A stretch of DNA of 64,000 bases from an uncultured Planctomycetia bacterium (GTDB lineage: Bacteria > Omnitrophota > Gorgyraeia > 2-01-FULL-45-10). The notes beneath the pieces are model-generated. The model was not told where the DNA came from, did not search any database, and worked only from the letters and a program-made list of their open reading frames with translations. The position numbers and the translations under genes are program-made. Each line of letters starts with the position of its first letter. Within the stretch, counting starts at the first letter, position 1. Location of the stretch: contig CAYSSS010000001.1 in assembly GCA_964433975.1 (NCBI GenBank), positions 7,989 to 71,988 on the forward strand. The letters are read 5' to 3'. Shown piece by piece: positions 33,770 to 43,270 of this stretch.

Positions 33770-34675
33770 ATGGGCATAGCCCCCGCGATGATCAAACTGC
33801 TTATGAGGGAGGGTAAACAAGAAGTTTTCTCAGGTCATGCCCTGACTATTGGCAGACAAAATATCTCTCCGATGACGATCCGCGACCTGGAAAAGTTGGC
33901 CAAAGAGATTAATTTTAAGTTAAGGCCTTTTCCGGGGAATACGCACTTGGACAATAAGACCGCGAAAAATAGCTTTGTTACCGATAAGGTGCTCTTTCTG
34001 TCCATGGGGTTTAACGGTATAGATAGTATCGATTATAGCGATTTCGAACAATGCGCTATAACGCATGATTTAAATACAAATGTTCCGGAGAACTTATACA
34101 ATAAGTACGATCTGATATTCGATGGGGGATCTACGGAGCATATATTCAATGTTCCAAAGGCGCTTGAGAACTATAATAAGATGTTAAAAATAGGCGGTAG
34201 GATAATACACGCCTTGCCGTCAAACGGTCTTGTAGATCACGGATTTTATATGTTTTCTCCTACTTTATTTTGGGATTATTATTTGGCAAATAGCTGGGAT
34301 ATAAAAGAAGCATTGTTTATAAGACATCCTAAGGATGCTGACAAAGGTCTATGGGATATATATTGTTATTCACCTCATTGTTTAGATATGCTTTCCTATC
34401 TTGGCCTGGATAAAAGTAAATACGCCATTTATTTTGTTGTTAAAAAAACAGATAAGTCGACTTTTAACGCTCCCGTTCAACAGGGATTCTATCTGGAAGC
34501 ATGGAATGGCATATCAAATACAAAGAATGTCAAATTTAAAACATTATATTCCGGAAGGAAAAAAATAGCGAATCTGCTGCCAGAAAGATTAAAAGTTATT
34601 CTGCGGCCCTTGTATCTATCTATTCTTTCAAGGATTCCCATAAGATTTTTTTTAAAAACAGTTGGCAAGTATTAA
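33770..34675 (+). CDS. Methyltransferase-like protein with degenerate SAM motif I
   Basis: DLIFDGGSTEHIFNVPKALENYNKMLKIGGRIIHALP resembles motifs II and III of class I MTases. The motif I position reads HALTIGRQN instead of GxGxG. Confidence 0.4.
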   Translation: MGIAPAMIKLLMREGKQEVFSGHALTIGRQNISPMTIRDLEKLAKEINFKLRPFPGNTHLDNKTAKNSFVTDKVLFLSMGFNGIDSIDYSDFEQCAITHDLNTNVPENLYNKYDLIFDGGSTEHIFNVPKALENYNKMLKIGGRIIHALPSNGLVDHGFYMFSPTLFWDYYLANSWDIKEALFIRHPKDADKGLWDIYCYSPHCLDMLSYLGLDKSKYAIYFVVKKTDKSTFNAPVQQGFYLEAWNGISNTKNVKFKTLYSGRKKIANLLPERLKVILRPLYLSILSRIPIRFFLKTVGKY

Positions 34676-34689
34676 GGGATTATAAACCG

Positions 34690-36105
34690 ATGAAAGCCGT
34701 TGTGAATAGTAATATAAAGATGCTACCTTCATTTAAAGAGATATCCTGTGCGCTGCTTCACAAGGTCGGGATCGATCGTGCGGTTTTTTTGGGGATACTA
34801 ACTAGATTATGGAGCATAGTTGCGGCGCCGTTTACGATATTGCTCATTGCTTATAAATTCTCCCCTCAGCTTCAGGGGTATTATTATACATTTTTCAGTA
34901 TAATTGCTTTCCAATTTTTAATAGAGCTGGGGCTCAGCAACATCATTATGCAGTTTGCAAGCCATGAATGGTCGAGATTGTCGCTCGATAAAACCGGACG
35001 GATTGTTGGTGAAAAAGAGGCTTTGTCGAGGTTACAAAGCTTGGCGCAACTATTTTTTCGTTGGTATTGTATCGGGAGCTTTGTGTTGACCGTAGGGTTA
35101 GGGGTGTGCGGAGTTTTTATTTTTTCGCAAAAAGTGGACACTAATATCAGTTGGATATTTCCATGGTTATCTCTTTGTATTTGTAATGGCGTAGTATTTT
35201 GCCTGATACCGATCTGGTCATTACTGGAAGGCTGTAATCAGATTTCAAAATTATATCTGTACAGATTTATCCAGGGCATATTTTTAAGCGTGTCCCTTTG
35301 GGCGAGTATATTTTTAGGCGCAAAACTATGGGCAGTGGCCATTTGTAATATAGTAACAATTGTCTGTGCAGGGGTATTTCTTTTATTTAAATGCAGGACT
35401 TTTTTAAAGACCTTATTCTTTTCTATCCCGGCCGACTCTTGTATTAATTGGCGGCAGGATATTTTACCGCTTCAATGGCGTACAACAATAACGTATCTAG
35501 TAGGCTCTTTTGCTTTTACGCTGTTCGTCCCAATTTTGTTTGCATATCATGGTTCTATAATTGCGGGCCAGATGGGTATGACGCTGAGCCTTATATGCGT
35601 AGTGTCGGCGATGCCATCCGCATGGCTTAATCCAAAAGTTCCTCAGTTTGGTATGTTAATCGCCAAGAAGAAATATAAAGAACTTGATGCACTTTTTTGG
35701 CGCACCACAAAGATTTTTGTTAGTATTTCTATTTTAGGAGCCGTCATGGCATGGCTTATTATCTATATCCTGAATGAGATAGGGCATCCTCTTGCGGGCC
35801 GCTTCCTGCCTCTATTGCCGACAGGGATCCTTTTATTGTCCTTGTTTATCTCGGTTATATCGGTACCATTCTCAACGTATTTGCGCATACATAAAAAAGA
35901 GCCGCTTTTATTTATATCGGTTCTAGCCGGCATTTTTACTGGATTATCTTCCTTTATTTTAGGTAAGCGTTATTCGGCCATGGGGATAGCGATAGGTTAT
36001 TTGTTAGTCAACATGATTTTAGTTCCCATCGCTTTTATCATCTGGTATCGCTGCAGAATAGAATGGCATGAAGATGAATGTGCTGAAGCAAAGGATGCAA
36101 ACTGA
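34690..36105 (+). CDS. Polytopic membrane protein, Wzx/MOP-type polysaccharide flippase-like
   Basis: 471 aa with about 12 hydrophobic segments. The SPQLQGYYYTFFSIIAFQFLIELGLSNIIMQFASHE segment is typical of MOP-family glycan-locus transporters. It sits next to GT2 and Wzy-like genes. Confidence 0.6.
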   Translation: MKAVVNSNIKMLPSFKEISCALLHKVGIDRAVFLGILTRLWSIVAAPFTILLIAYKFSPQLQGYYYTFFSIIAFQFLIELGLSNIIMQFASHEWSRLSLDKTGRIVGEKEALSRLQSLAQLFFRWYCIGSFVLTVGLGVCGVFIFSQKVDTNISWIFPWLSLCICNGVVFCLIPIWSLLEGCNQISKLYLYRFIQGIFLSVSLWASIFLGAKLWAVAICNIVTIVCAGVFLLFKCRTFLKTLFFSIPADSCINWRQDILPLQWRTTITYLVGSFAFTLFVPILFAYHGSIIAGQMGMTLSLICVVSAMPSAWLNPKVPQFGMLIAKKKYKELDALFWRTTKIFVSISILGAVMAWLIIYILNEIGHPLAGRFLPLLPTGILLLSLFISVISVPFSTYLRIHKKEPLLFISVLAGIFTGLSSFILGKRYSAMGIAIGYLLVNMILVPIAFIIWYRCRIEWHEDECAEAKDAN

Positions 36106-36106
36106 T

Positions 36107-37111
36107 ATGAAGCCGCCAAAACTATCTGTCATAATGCCAAATTATAACCATGCTAAATACATAGCGGAGGCTTTGGAGGCTGTTGTTACCCAGTCATTTG
36201 AGCCCTTTGAAGTTATTGTCTGTGATGATGGATCGACGGATAATAGCGTTGAAATTATCCAGCGATTTGTTGACAAATACCACTTTGTTCGCTTAATAAG
36301 GAATGAAACCAATCTCGGCGCAAATAAAACATCTAATAAACTGTTCACTTTAATTTCCGGAGATTACGTGTATGGCGCCGCCGCTGATGATAAGGTCTTA
36401 CCGGGATTTTTCGAAAAATCAATGAACTTATTACAAAAATATCCTCAGGCAGGACTTTGCTCCACATTAGCCAGGCTTATCGATGAAAACGGTAACCATA
36501 AAGACGTTCGTTTAGGAATAACTCTTACTATAAACGATAGTTTTATTGAGAGCAACAGAGCAAAAATCGCATTATATAAATACGGAAGTTGGATCGGAGG
36601 CGGCACGACAATTTTTAAACGCAGCGCCTTGATTGAAAATGGCGGATTTATTGAGAAATTACATTCTTATAGTGATAGTTTTATAGAGCAGGTAATAGCT
36701 GTTAAGTATGGAGTTTGTTTTGTTCCCGAAGCGCTGATGTGCTGGAGAGTTCTGTATGACGGTTATGGCATGGCGACCAGGAGAAACTTTGATGTCAGGA
36801 TGGAAACTATAAAGAATGTAACTGATCTTATGAAAGGTATATTTCCCGCCGCCTATATTAGCAAGTGGAGAATAAATGAATTGTTCTCTCTTAAGAAGGA
36901 CGAACTTTTATCTTATAGAGAACGCGATTTATCAAATATTGAGAAGAATGATTCCGGGAGTCTTTCAAAAATAATAGATAAGTTCAGGGTGAATATTGTT
37001 TTCGTCTCTCTATTTTTAGGTATTTTGACATACTTTATGCTGAGATACGGCAGATATTTTAATATCGTTACCAAAATATACTATAGATACCAAAAACACA
37101 AAATTGTATAG
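36107..37111 (+). CDS. GT2 glycosyltransferase
   Basis: KLSVIMPNYNHAKYIAEALEAVVTQ, VIVCDDGSTDNS, and AAADD (DxD-like). ATG 36107 lies 1 nt after the flippase stop. Confidence 0.8.
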   Translation: MKPPKLSVIMPNYNHAKYIAEALEAVVTQSFEPFEVIVCDDGSTDNSVEIIQRFVDKYHFVRLIRNETNLGANKTSNKLFTLISGDYVYGAAADDKVLPGFFEKSMNLLQKYPQAGLCSTLARLIDENGNHKDVRLGITLTINDSFIESNRAKIALYKYGSWIGGGTTIFKRSALIENGGFIEKLHSYSDSFIEQVIAVKYGVCFVPEALMCWRVLYDGYGMATRRNFDVRMETIKNVTDLMKGIFPAAYISKWRINELFSLKKDELLSYRERDLSNIEKNDSGSLSKIIDKFRVNIVFVSLFLGILTYFMLRYGRYFNIVTKIYYRYQKHKIV

Positions 37112-37148
37112 TTGCAGATCACCTTAGATTAGAATTCGAGGACTTGTT

Positions 37149-38549
37149 GTGCAAGATATAAAAAATAGGAGATTTGCCGTGATGCTAAGCCATCTTTTTG
37201 GAGTGTTAAGAAAAATAAGTTTGACCGAGAAATTATTATATTTATTTATTTTTCTGATCCCCGTCATGAGGGTGCCAGCCTTGCCGTTAGTTAACCAGAA
37301 GATACAATATTCCGATCTTGTTTTCGCTTTTTTATTCGGTATCTGGCTGGTGCAGCTCTTTCGCGGCGGGAAAACTTTTCGCCGCGTGCCTTTGGCGTTT
37401 CCACTGGGGTGTATGCTGATATTATTCCTATTTTCATTTACTCATACGGATTCCTGGCTAAAGAGCGGCATTGAATACCTGGGCTTATTATATTTGGTAG
37501 CTATATATATGCTGTTATTCCAGCTAATTGATTCGCCGGAGATGTGGTGGAGGGTGGTCGCCTGTTGGTGTGCCATCAGCGCATTACTTGCGATAACTGG
37601 TATCGGCGCGTATCTTCTATTTGCAATAGGAGGATATAGTAATCCATTGATGGTTGTTTACGACTGCTATAACAATGTAAATCAACAACTAGTCTATCGT
37701 CTCGCCTCCGCTTTCCGTCATCCCGCCATGCTGGCCATGTTCCTTCATGTCGGCATCGTATTTGGCTTTATTTTTGCGGCTCGTTATAAAAATAGCAAAG
37801 ACAGCATATGGGGTTACGCAATAGTCGTCTTATGTTTTATAGCCGCTATCTTGACAAAAACAAGATGCGCCGCTGGAATTGCCATCACGTTGTTTTTTGT
37901 ATTGGTCTCCATGCCTAAGAAAAACATTTTTCTTTCTTTCGCCCGGTACGCGTCTTTTATTTATGCCGTAGTCCTTTCCCTGGCCGTCATCATTATAACC
38001 GTCTGGTGGATTGTCCCTGTCCGTATCCAAAAAGACCCCGTGCAACAAAAAATTTCTGTTGAATTCAGTACGGTGCATCAGATCTATTTCATCCATCATT
38101 GGGCTGAGGCGAATATGTTAAAAGACTATCCGTGGGTAGGTACCGGCCTCGGGATGTATAACGCAAAGTCGGCTAAGTATATTGATTGGCGCGAAGTTGA
38201 GAAGCCTTATCACATGATCTTTCCAGATATAAAAGAAGTCGAGATAGACCGGTATAAAACAGGCGTGGATCCCCACTCTCTATATTTGGGTGCTGGCGCT
38301 GAAGCAGGATTGTTGGGCTTGGGAGGTCTATTATTCTTTTTTGTGCAAACGATCCGTCTACTTTTTAAAAAGGCACGGCAGATGAGTGATGCCAGTGAGA
38401 AGTATATCATCAGGATTTTTTTGGCGGGAATCGCGGGCTTCCTGTTCAATGGTTTATATGTCGATATTTTGACCGTACGTTCTCTTTGGGTCCTGATCGC
38501 CATGAGCTTGATTTATGTATGTATGCATGAACCTAAAAAGGCCGCATAA
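37149..38549 (+). CDS. O-antigen ligase/polymerase family (Wzy_C-type) membrane protein
   Basis: 466 aa with 10 or more TM helices. TKTRCAAGIAI marks the Wzy_C region. The periplasmic loop is followed by DPHSLYLGAGAEAGLLGLGG (H-x-x-Y-L...E-x-G signature). GTG start with a GAGGA RBS 8 nt upstream. Confidence 0.7.
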   Translation: MQDIKNRRFAVMLSHLFGVLRKISLTEKLLYLFIFLIPVMRVPALPLVNQKIQYSDLVFAFLFGIWLVQLFRGGKTFRRVPLAFPLGCMLILFLFSFTHTDSWLKSGIEYLGLLYLVAIYMLLFQLIDSPEMWWRVVACWCAISALLAITGIGAYLLFAIGGYSNPLMVVYDCYNNVNQQLVYRLASAFRHPAMLAMFLHVGIVFGFIFAARYKNSKDSIWGYAIVVLCFIAAILTKTRCAAGIAITLFFVLVSMPKKNIFLSFARYASFIYAVVLSLAVIIITVWWIVPVRIQKDPVQQKISVEFSTVHQIYFIHHWAEANMLKDYPWVGTGLGMYNAKSAKYIDWREVEKPYHMIFPDIKEVEIDRYKTGVDPHSLYLGAGAEAGLLGLGGLLFFFVQTIRLLFKKARQMSDASEKYIIRIFLAGIAGFLFNGLYVDILTVRSLWVLIAMSLIYVCMHEPKKAA

Positions 38550-38569
38550 GTCTTTGTAAGGAGGTTGAT

Positions 38570-39574
38570 ATGAAGGTTGTAGTAATTGGTTCGCAAGGTT
38601 TTATAGGGGGATATGTATGCGGCCGTTTTATTAAAGAGGGATGGAGCGTGATAGGAATTGATAATATCAACATGTACAAACCCGATAATTACGATCTGTT
38701 CCTCAGGCATTATGAGCTGCGTCAGAAGACTCAATTATGTAAATTGAACGCTTTTTACCGTTGTGACGCAAGCCGCGGAACAGAGGTCGCCAGGATTATC
38801 AGAAAGCACAGCCCTGAGATTGTGATAAATGTTGCGGGCACATCCATTGCGGACGTGTGCAAAAAGAACACGGAAGAAGCGGTGCAATCTATATATAATC
38901 TGAGTGCAAATATCCTAGAAGCAATAAAAGATTATGGAAAACTGGATCGTTATGTTTTTATATCTTCCAGCATGGTTTATGGCGACTTCCTATGTGACAG
39001 TCCGGATGAGGAATCTCTGAAGAACCCCAAAGATCCGTACGGTGCTATAAAACTTGGAGCGGAACTTTTAATACAGTCTTTTGATAGGCAATTTGGGTTG
39101 CCCTACACGATTATACGTCCTTCAGCCGTATATGGGCCCCTAGATTCCAATATGCGCGTAACCGGAATATTTTTAATGAATGCACATATAGGCAAACCTT
39201 TAAGGGTGGAAAATGTAGATGAAAAACTGGATTTTACCTACATAGATGACACAACAGAAGGCATATTTCTTGCCGCTACTCACAAAAATGGAGCGAACGA
39301 GGTATTTAATATAACGCGAGGAGAAGGAAGGACCATATTGGAGTTGGCCGAAGAGATAAGAACGCATTATCCGAATATAACGATAGTTAAAAATACTGCC
39401 GGCGAACATATGGAAGGGCTTATCAGGCCGGTTAGAGGAGCCCTTGGCATCAATAAAGCGCGTAGGCTGCTGGGTTATTCGCCCAAGTATTCATTGAAGG
39501 AAGGAGTTGCTTTATATGCAAGAGAGTGGAAAAAAATTTATGGCGACACATCGTGTACCGCTGTGCAAGCCTGA
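38570..39574 (+). CDS. NAD-dependent sugar-nucleotide epimerase/dehydratase/decarboxylase-type SDR
   Basis: MKVVVIGSQGFIGGYV, ISSSMVYG, and YGAIKLGAELL (YxxxK). It sits directly upstream of the arnB/C/A/D-like genes. Confidence 0.75.
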   Translation: MKVVVIGSQGFIGGYVCGRFIKEGWSVIGIDNINMYKPDNYDLFLRHYELRQKTQLCKLNAFYRCDASRGTEVARIIRKHSPEIVINVAGTSIADVCKKNTEEAVQSIYNLSANILEAIKDYGKLDRYVFISSSMVYGDFLCDSPDEESLKNPKDPYGAIKLGAELLIQSFDRQFGLPYTIIRPSAVYGPLDSNMRVTGIFLMNAHIGKPLRVENVDEKLDFTYIDDTTEGIFLAATHKNGANEVFNITRGEGRTILELAEEIRTHYPNITIVKNTAGEHMEGLIRPVRGALGINKARRLLGYSPKYSLKEGVALYAREWKKIYGDTSCTAVQA

Positions 39575-40670
39575 TATAGGAAAAGAAGAATTACGGGTTT
39601 TAGCCGAAATTTTTGAGCAAGGCTCTGTTTCCCATGGGCCGCAAGTGAGCGAGTTGGAGGCTGTATTTACAAAAAGAATAGGGGCTCAACATGCTATTGC
39701 TGTAAATTCATGCACTTCGGGATTATTTCTTCTGTGTTCATATATTCGCGAGCATTTTGGAGCCGGAGAGATCATAGTGCCGTCCTTTACTTTTGTGGCA
39801 TCCGCAAATTCTATTGTATGCGTCGGCATGACACCCAGGTTTGTGGACGTTGATTGGAATACAGCGGAAGTTACCGCGGATCTTATCGAACCCGCTATAA
39901 ACAAAAATACAAAAGCCATTATGGTCGTTCACTATGCGGGCCGCCCGTGCGCCATGACGGAAATAATGGATTTAGCCGCCAGGCACGATCTTCCGGTTAT
40001 TGAAGACAGCGCTGAATGTCTTGGAGCGCGCGTAAACGGGAAAGAAGCGGGAAGCTTTGGCTGGGGGGTATTCTCTTTTTACGGAACAAAAAATATTACT
40101 ACAGGCGAGGGCGGCATGATTACCTTCAATGATGATGATCTGGGGAAATGGCTCCGCCTACGGGTTGCGCATGGCGTATCAAAAAGATCATACTCAAGAT
40201 ATAATATAGCGCGCAGGTGGTACAGAAACGCCATAGTTGCAGGGTATAATTTTCGTTTATCGAATCTGCAGGCTGCTATAGGGCTTGTGCAAATGAAGAA
40301 GCTGGATAAGATGAATAAACACAGATACGATATAGCGAAAAAATATTATGATTCCTTGTCGAATATTCCCGGATTAAAATGCGCGGAGCTATTAACCGAT
40401 CATGAGCACAGTTATCAGATGTACCCGATCAGAGTTCCGGAAAAGGTGCGGGATAGCATGCTGTTATATTTAAATGAGCAGGGCGTTGGAGCTTCTGTTC
40501 ATTTTGACCCGCCGGTGCATTGGCAAAGCGCGTATATCGATAAAAGAGTAATATTGCCTGTAACGGAGAGACTGGCTCGTTCGACAATTACTTTGCCGAT
40601 CTCTTCGGTTCAGACGGATGCGGAAACGGATTATGTTATATACCGTATTAAGGAGGCGTTGAACCGATGA
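39540..40670 (+). CDS. DegT-family PLP aminotransferase (ArnB-like)
   Basis: VPLCKPDIGKEELRVL, NSCTSGLFL, EDSAECLGA, and FSFYGTKNITTGEGGM (catalytic Lys). I chose ATG 39540, which overlaps the SDR tail by 35 nt. Confidence 0.85.
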   Translation: MATHRVPLCKPDIGKEELRVLAEIFEQGSVSHGPQVSELEAVFTKRIGAQHAIAVNSCTSGLFLLCSYIREHFGAGEIIVPSFTFVASANSIVCVGMTPRFVDVDWNTAEVTADLIEPAINKNTKAIMVVHYAGRPCAMTEIMDLAARHDLPVIEDSAECLGARVNGKEAGSFGWGVFSFYGTKNITTGEGGMITFNDDDLGKWLRLRVAHGVSKRSYSRYNIARRWYRNAIVAGYNFRLSNLQAAIGLVQMKKLDKMNKHRYDIAKKYYDSLSNIPGLKCAELLTDHEHSYQMYPIRVPEKVRDSMLLYLNEQGVGASVHFDPPVHWQSAYIDKRVILPVTERLARSTITLPISSVQTDAETDYVIYRIKEALNR

Positions 40671-41698
40671 AAAAAGATAAAACAGTAGGTATATTCATAC
40701 CATGTTACAACGAGTCCTCTATTATCGCGGAGACAATTTTCACCGTTCAGAGATATATTGAATCCGAGAAATTCCCTTACAAGGGAGTGATAATAGTGGT
40801 GGATGACGGTTCAGATGATGATTCATATGCAGTCGCGAGGAGGGCGGGCGCGGACGTACTCTATAGACATGTCACAAATAGGGGGCTTGGAGCGGCTACG
40901 CGGTCCGGAATGGAGATAGCTCATTTTATAGGATGTGACGCATTCGCCAAATTCGATGCTGACCTACAACATGATATAAACGACATTTACGCCGCCGTAG
41001 CGCCGCTGGTTGAAAATAAAGCGGATATTTTATATGCATCGCGGTTTTCCGGAAAGATAAATTATAAAATGCCGTTGATACGGTTTTTGGGAAACAAATT
41101 TTTTACAGGGCTGATGCGTATTGTGACAGGCTGGAAAATAACCGACGCTCAAACAGGATTGATGTGCTTCAGCAGGCGTTATCTTACCATCTTTGAGATG
41201 CCGGGCGTATATAACCCTCCTCAGCAGGCACTATTTGACGCTTCGCGGAAAGGCATGAGATACGCTGAAGTTCCCGCACAATTTTCCAGGCGGAAGACCG
41301 GAAGGTCATTCGTAAACTTTAAATATATTTATAATGTCCTGATCGATCTGGGGAAGATATCGTTCTATCAATATTGTTTTGAGGCATTTACTATTCTGGG
41401 AATCACGTTGTTGATAATCGGCTCGGCTGTTATAGTCATGGGATTGTATAACTATTTTACACTGCACTCCCTCTCTTATGCCCCGAATAATACCTTGATA
41501 ATATTTTCAATGGGCACCGGTTTACTGGCTATCCTATTAGGCTTGCAATCTTATGCTCAGATTCACCGTATGAGTTTCATCCGAAACGGCCACAACTACC
41601 GGTATGTTATCATCGAGGATATTTTTATTCGCTCTCCTGAAAAGATTGATTTAAAATTGCGCGGGCCTAAGCTGGCGAAAGCAGGAGCGCTTTTTTGA
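40667..41698 (+). CDS. GT2 polyprenyl-phosphate glycosyltransferase (ArnC/GtrB/Dpm1-like) with two C-terminal TM helices
   Basis: VGIFIPCYNES, VVDDGSDDDS, KFDADLQHD (ArnC/GtrB-type DxD), and ASRF. Two C-terminal hydrophobic helices. ATGA overlap with the upstream gene. Confidence 0.8.
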   Translation: MKKDKTVGIFIPCYNESSIIAETIFTVQRYIESEKFPYKGVIIVVDDGSDDDSYAVARRAGADVLYRHVTNRGLGAATRSGMEIAHFIGCDAFAKFDADLQHDINDIYAAVAPLVENKADILYASRFSGKINYKMPLIRFLGNKFFTGLMRIVTGWKITDAQTGLMCFSRRYLTIFEMPGVYNPPQQALFDASRKGMRYAEVPAQFSRRKTGRSFVNFKYIYNVLIDLGKISFYQYCFEAFTILGITLLIIGSAVIVMGLYNYFTLHSLSYAPNNTLIIFSMGTGLLAILLGLQSYAQIHRMSFIRNGHNYRYVIIEDIFIRSPEKIDLKLRGPKLAKAGALF

Positions 41699-42444
41699 TG
41701 AGGGTAAAAATGAAGACAAAAGAATTGATAGAAGGAAGCTCTTTTTTGATAAGTGCGCTCGATAATTATAATGGATGGCTCGCAAAGCAGCTGGGCAGGA
41801 CAGGTCCTATCAGCGGTACGGTGCTTGAATTTGGGTGCGGAAGCGGAGGCCTGACCCGAGCATTGGCGTCTTTACCCGAAGTCAGTAAGGTAATAGCCAA
41901 TGATATTTCGCCTCACGTAAAAGATTTCTGGTTTGAAAAATTTCGGAACTCAAAAAAAATTGAGTTCAGTAATGCGAACATTTTCGAGTCCCCTCATCTT
42001 TTTGCGGATATGCGTTATGATATAGCGGTGTCATCAAATACTTTGGAACATATAGAGGATGATGTCACCGCTTTAAAAAGAGTAGTTGAATATTCCAGGC
42101 TCAAGACAGCCATATTGCTGGTGCCGGCGTTAAATTGCTTGTATGGAACATGTGACCGCGTCGGCGGGCATTACAGGCGCTATTCAAAGAAGAGCTTTAA
42201 AAACCTTGCCGAGAAATGCGGCCTGGCGGTCGAAGAATTATTCTATTTCAATATGCTTGGAGCTCTGTGCTGGTGGTTTCAGTATGTGTTACTGCGCGCA
42301 AAAGATCATACATCCTGTTCCCATGCGCTGCACTACTCATTTTTTGATCGATTTGTGGTGCCGATATATTCGAAGTTGGAAAGAATACTGTATTGCCCTT
42401 TTGGTTTATCGCTCGTAGCTCGTGTTACAAAATTGAATAAGTGA
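41698..42444 (+). CDS. Class I SAM-dependent methyltransferase
   Basis: Motif I VLEFGCGSGGLT, post-I ANDIS, and SNTLEHIEDD. ATG 41698 shares one base with the upstream TGA (TGATG). Confidence 0.75.
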   Translation: MRVKMKTKELIEGSSFLISALDNYNGWLAKQLGRTGPISGTVLEFGCGSGGLTRALASLPEVSKVIANDISPHVKDFWFEKFRNSKKIEFSNANIFESPHLFADMRYDIAVSSNTLEHIEDDVTALKRVVEYSRLKTAILLVPALNCLYGTCDRVGGHYRRYSKKSFKNLAEKCGLAVEELFYFNMLGALCWWFQYVLLRAKDHTSCSHALHYSFFDRFVVPIYSKLERILYCPFGLSLVARVTKLNK

Positions 42445-42457
42445 AGGAGCGGCCGGT

Positions 42458-43270
42458 ATGGGTTCGGAGAAGCGTTCGAATTTAGTTTGGAAAACGGAAC
42501 ATGAATTTCAGGCAGAATACCTCGGTGACTATGACTTTTTGTATAGAGATTGGATCTATCCATGGGCCTATGAGGATTTCAAAGACAAGGAAGTCCTTGA
42601 CGCAGGAAGCGGCCCCGGCATTCAGGCGCGCCTGATCGCCCGATACGCGAAACATGTTATCGCGGTAGACCTCGATGCCATAGATACAACGCGTAAACAG
42701 ACGGCAGATATATCCGATAAGGTGGATTACGTGAGGGCCGATATAGGCACAATGGATCTTGGCAGACAGTTCGATTTTGTTAATTGTGTAGGCACTATCC
42801 ATCATACGGATGATCCCGATAAAACTTTCCGAAATCTTCTTAAACATGTGAGGCCCGGAGGCAAGCTGATTATTTGGACCTATGCTCATGAAGGAAACCA
42901 GTTAATGCGTTGTTTTGTCGAGCCTATGCGCAAAGCGCTTCTTGATAAAGCGTCGCATGAGATATTATGGGCCTTATCCGGCCTGCTTAACGCTGTTTTG
43001 TATATTCCCACTTATACCTTATATCATTTGCCGCTAAAATGGTTGCCATACTATGAATATCTTGAGAATGCGCGACGGATGTCATTTCGCAGAAACGCTC
43101 TAAATATATATGATAAACTCAATGCGCCACAGACACATTTTATTACCGAAAAACAGATAAGGTCCTGGTTTAATACGGACCATTTTGAAGATATACACAT
43201 AAGCATGTATAAGGGTGTCTCCTGGCGCGGTTCAGGAACAAAGAGATGGTCGGAAAAAGAGGAAATATGA
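42458..43270 (+). CDS. Class I SAM-dependent methyltransferase
   Basis: Motif I VLDAGSGPGIQA, post-I AVDL, and GTIHHTDDP...GGKLIIW. Confidence 0.75.
   Translation: MGSEKRSNLVWKTEHEFQAEYLGDYDFLYRDWIYPWAYEDFKDKEVLDAGSGPGIQARLIARYAKHVIAVDLDAIDTTRKQTADISDKVDYVRADIGTMDLGRQFDFVNCVGTIHHTDDPDKTFRNLLKHVRPGGKLIIWTYAHEGNQLMRCFVEPMRKALLDKASHEILWALSGLLNAVLYIPTYTLYHLPLKWLPYYEYLENARRMSFRRNALNIYDKLNAPQTHFITEKQIRSWFNTDHFEDIHISMYKGVSWRGSGTKRWSEKEEI

Noticed and set aside
23628-34675. An aminoglycoside/aminocyclitol biosynthetic gene cluster (APH, AAC(3), StsC-like aminotransferase, Zn-ADH, class B radical SAM).
   Set aside because: The window contains no 2-deoxy-scyllo-inosose synthase, sedoheptulose-7-phosphate cyclase or inositol-phosphate synthase (DHQS-like) gene. 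The block is embedded between flippase, polymerase and GT2 genes. I therefore interpret these as glycan-tailoring homologues.
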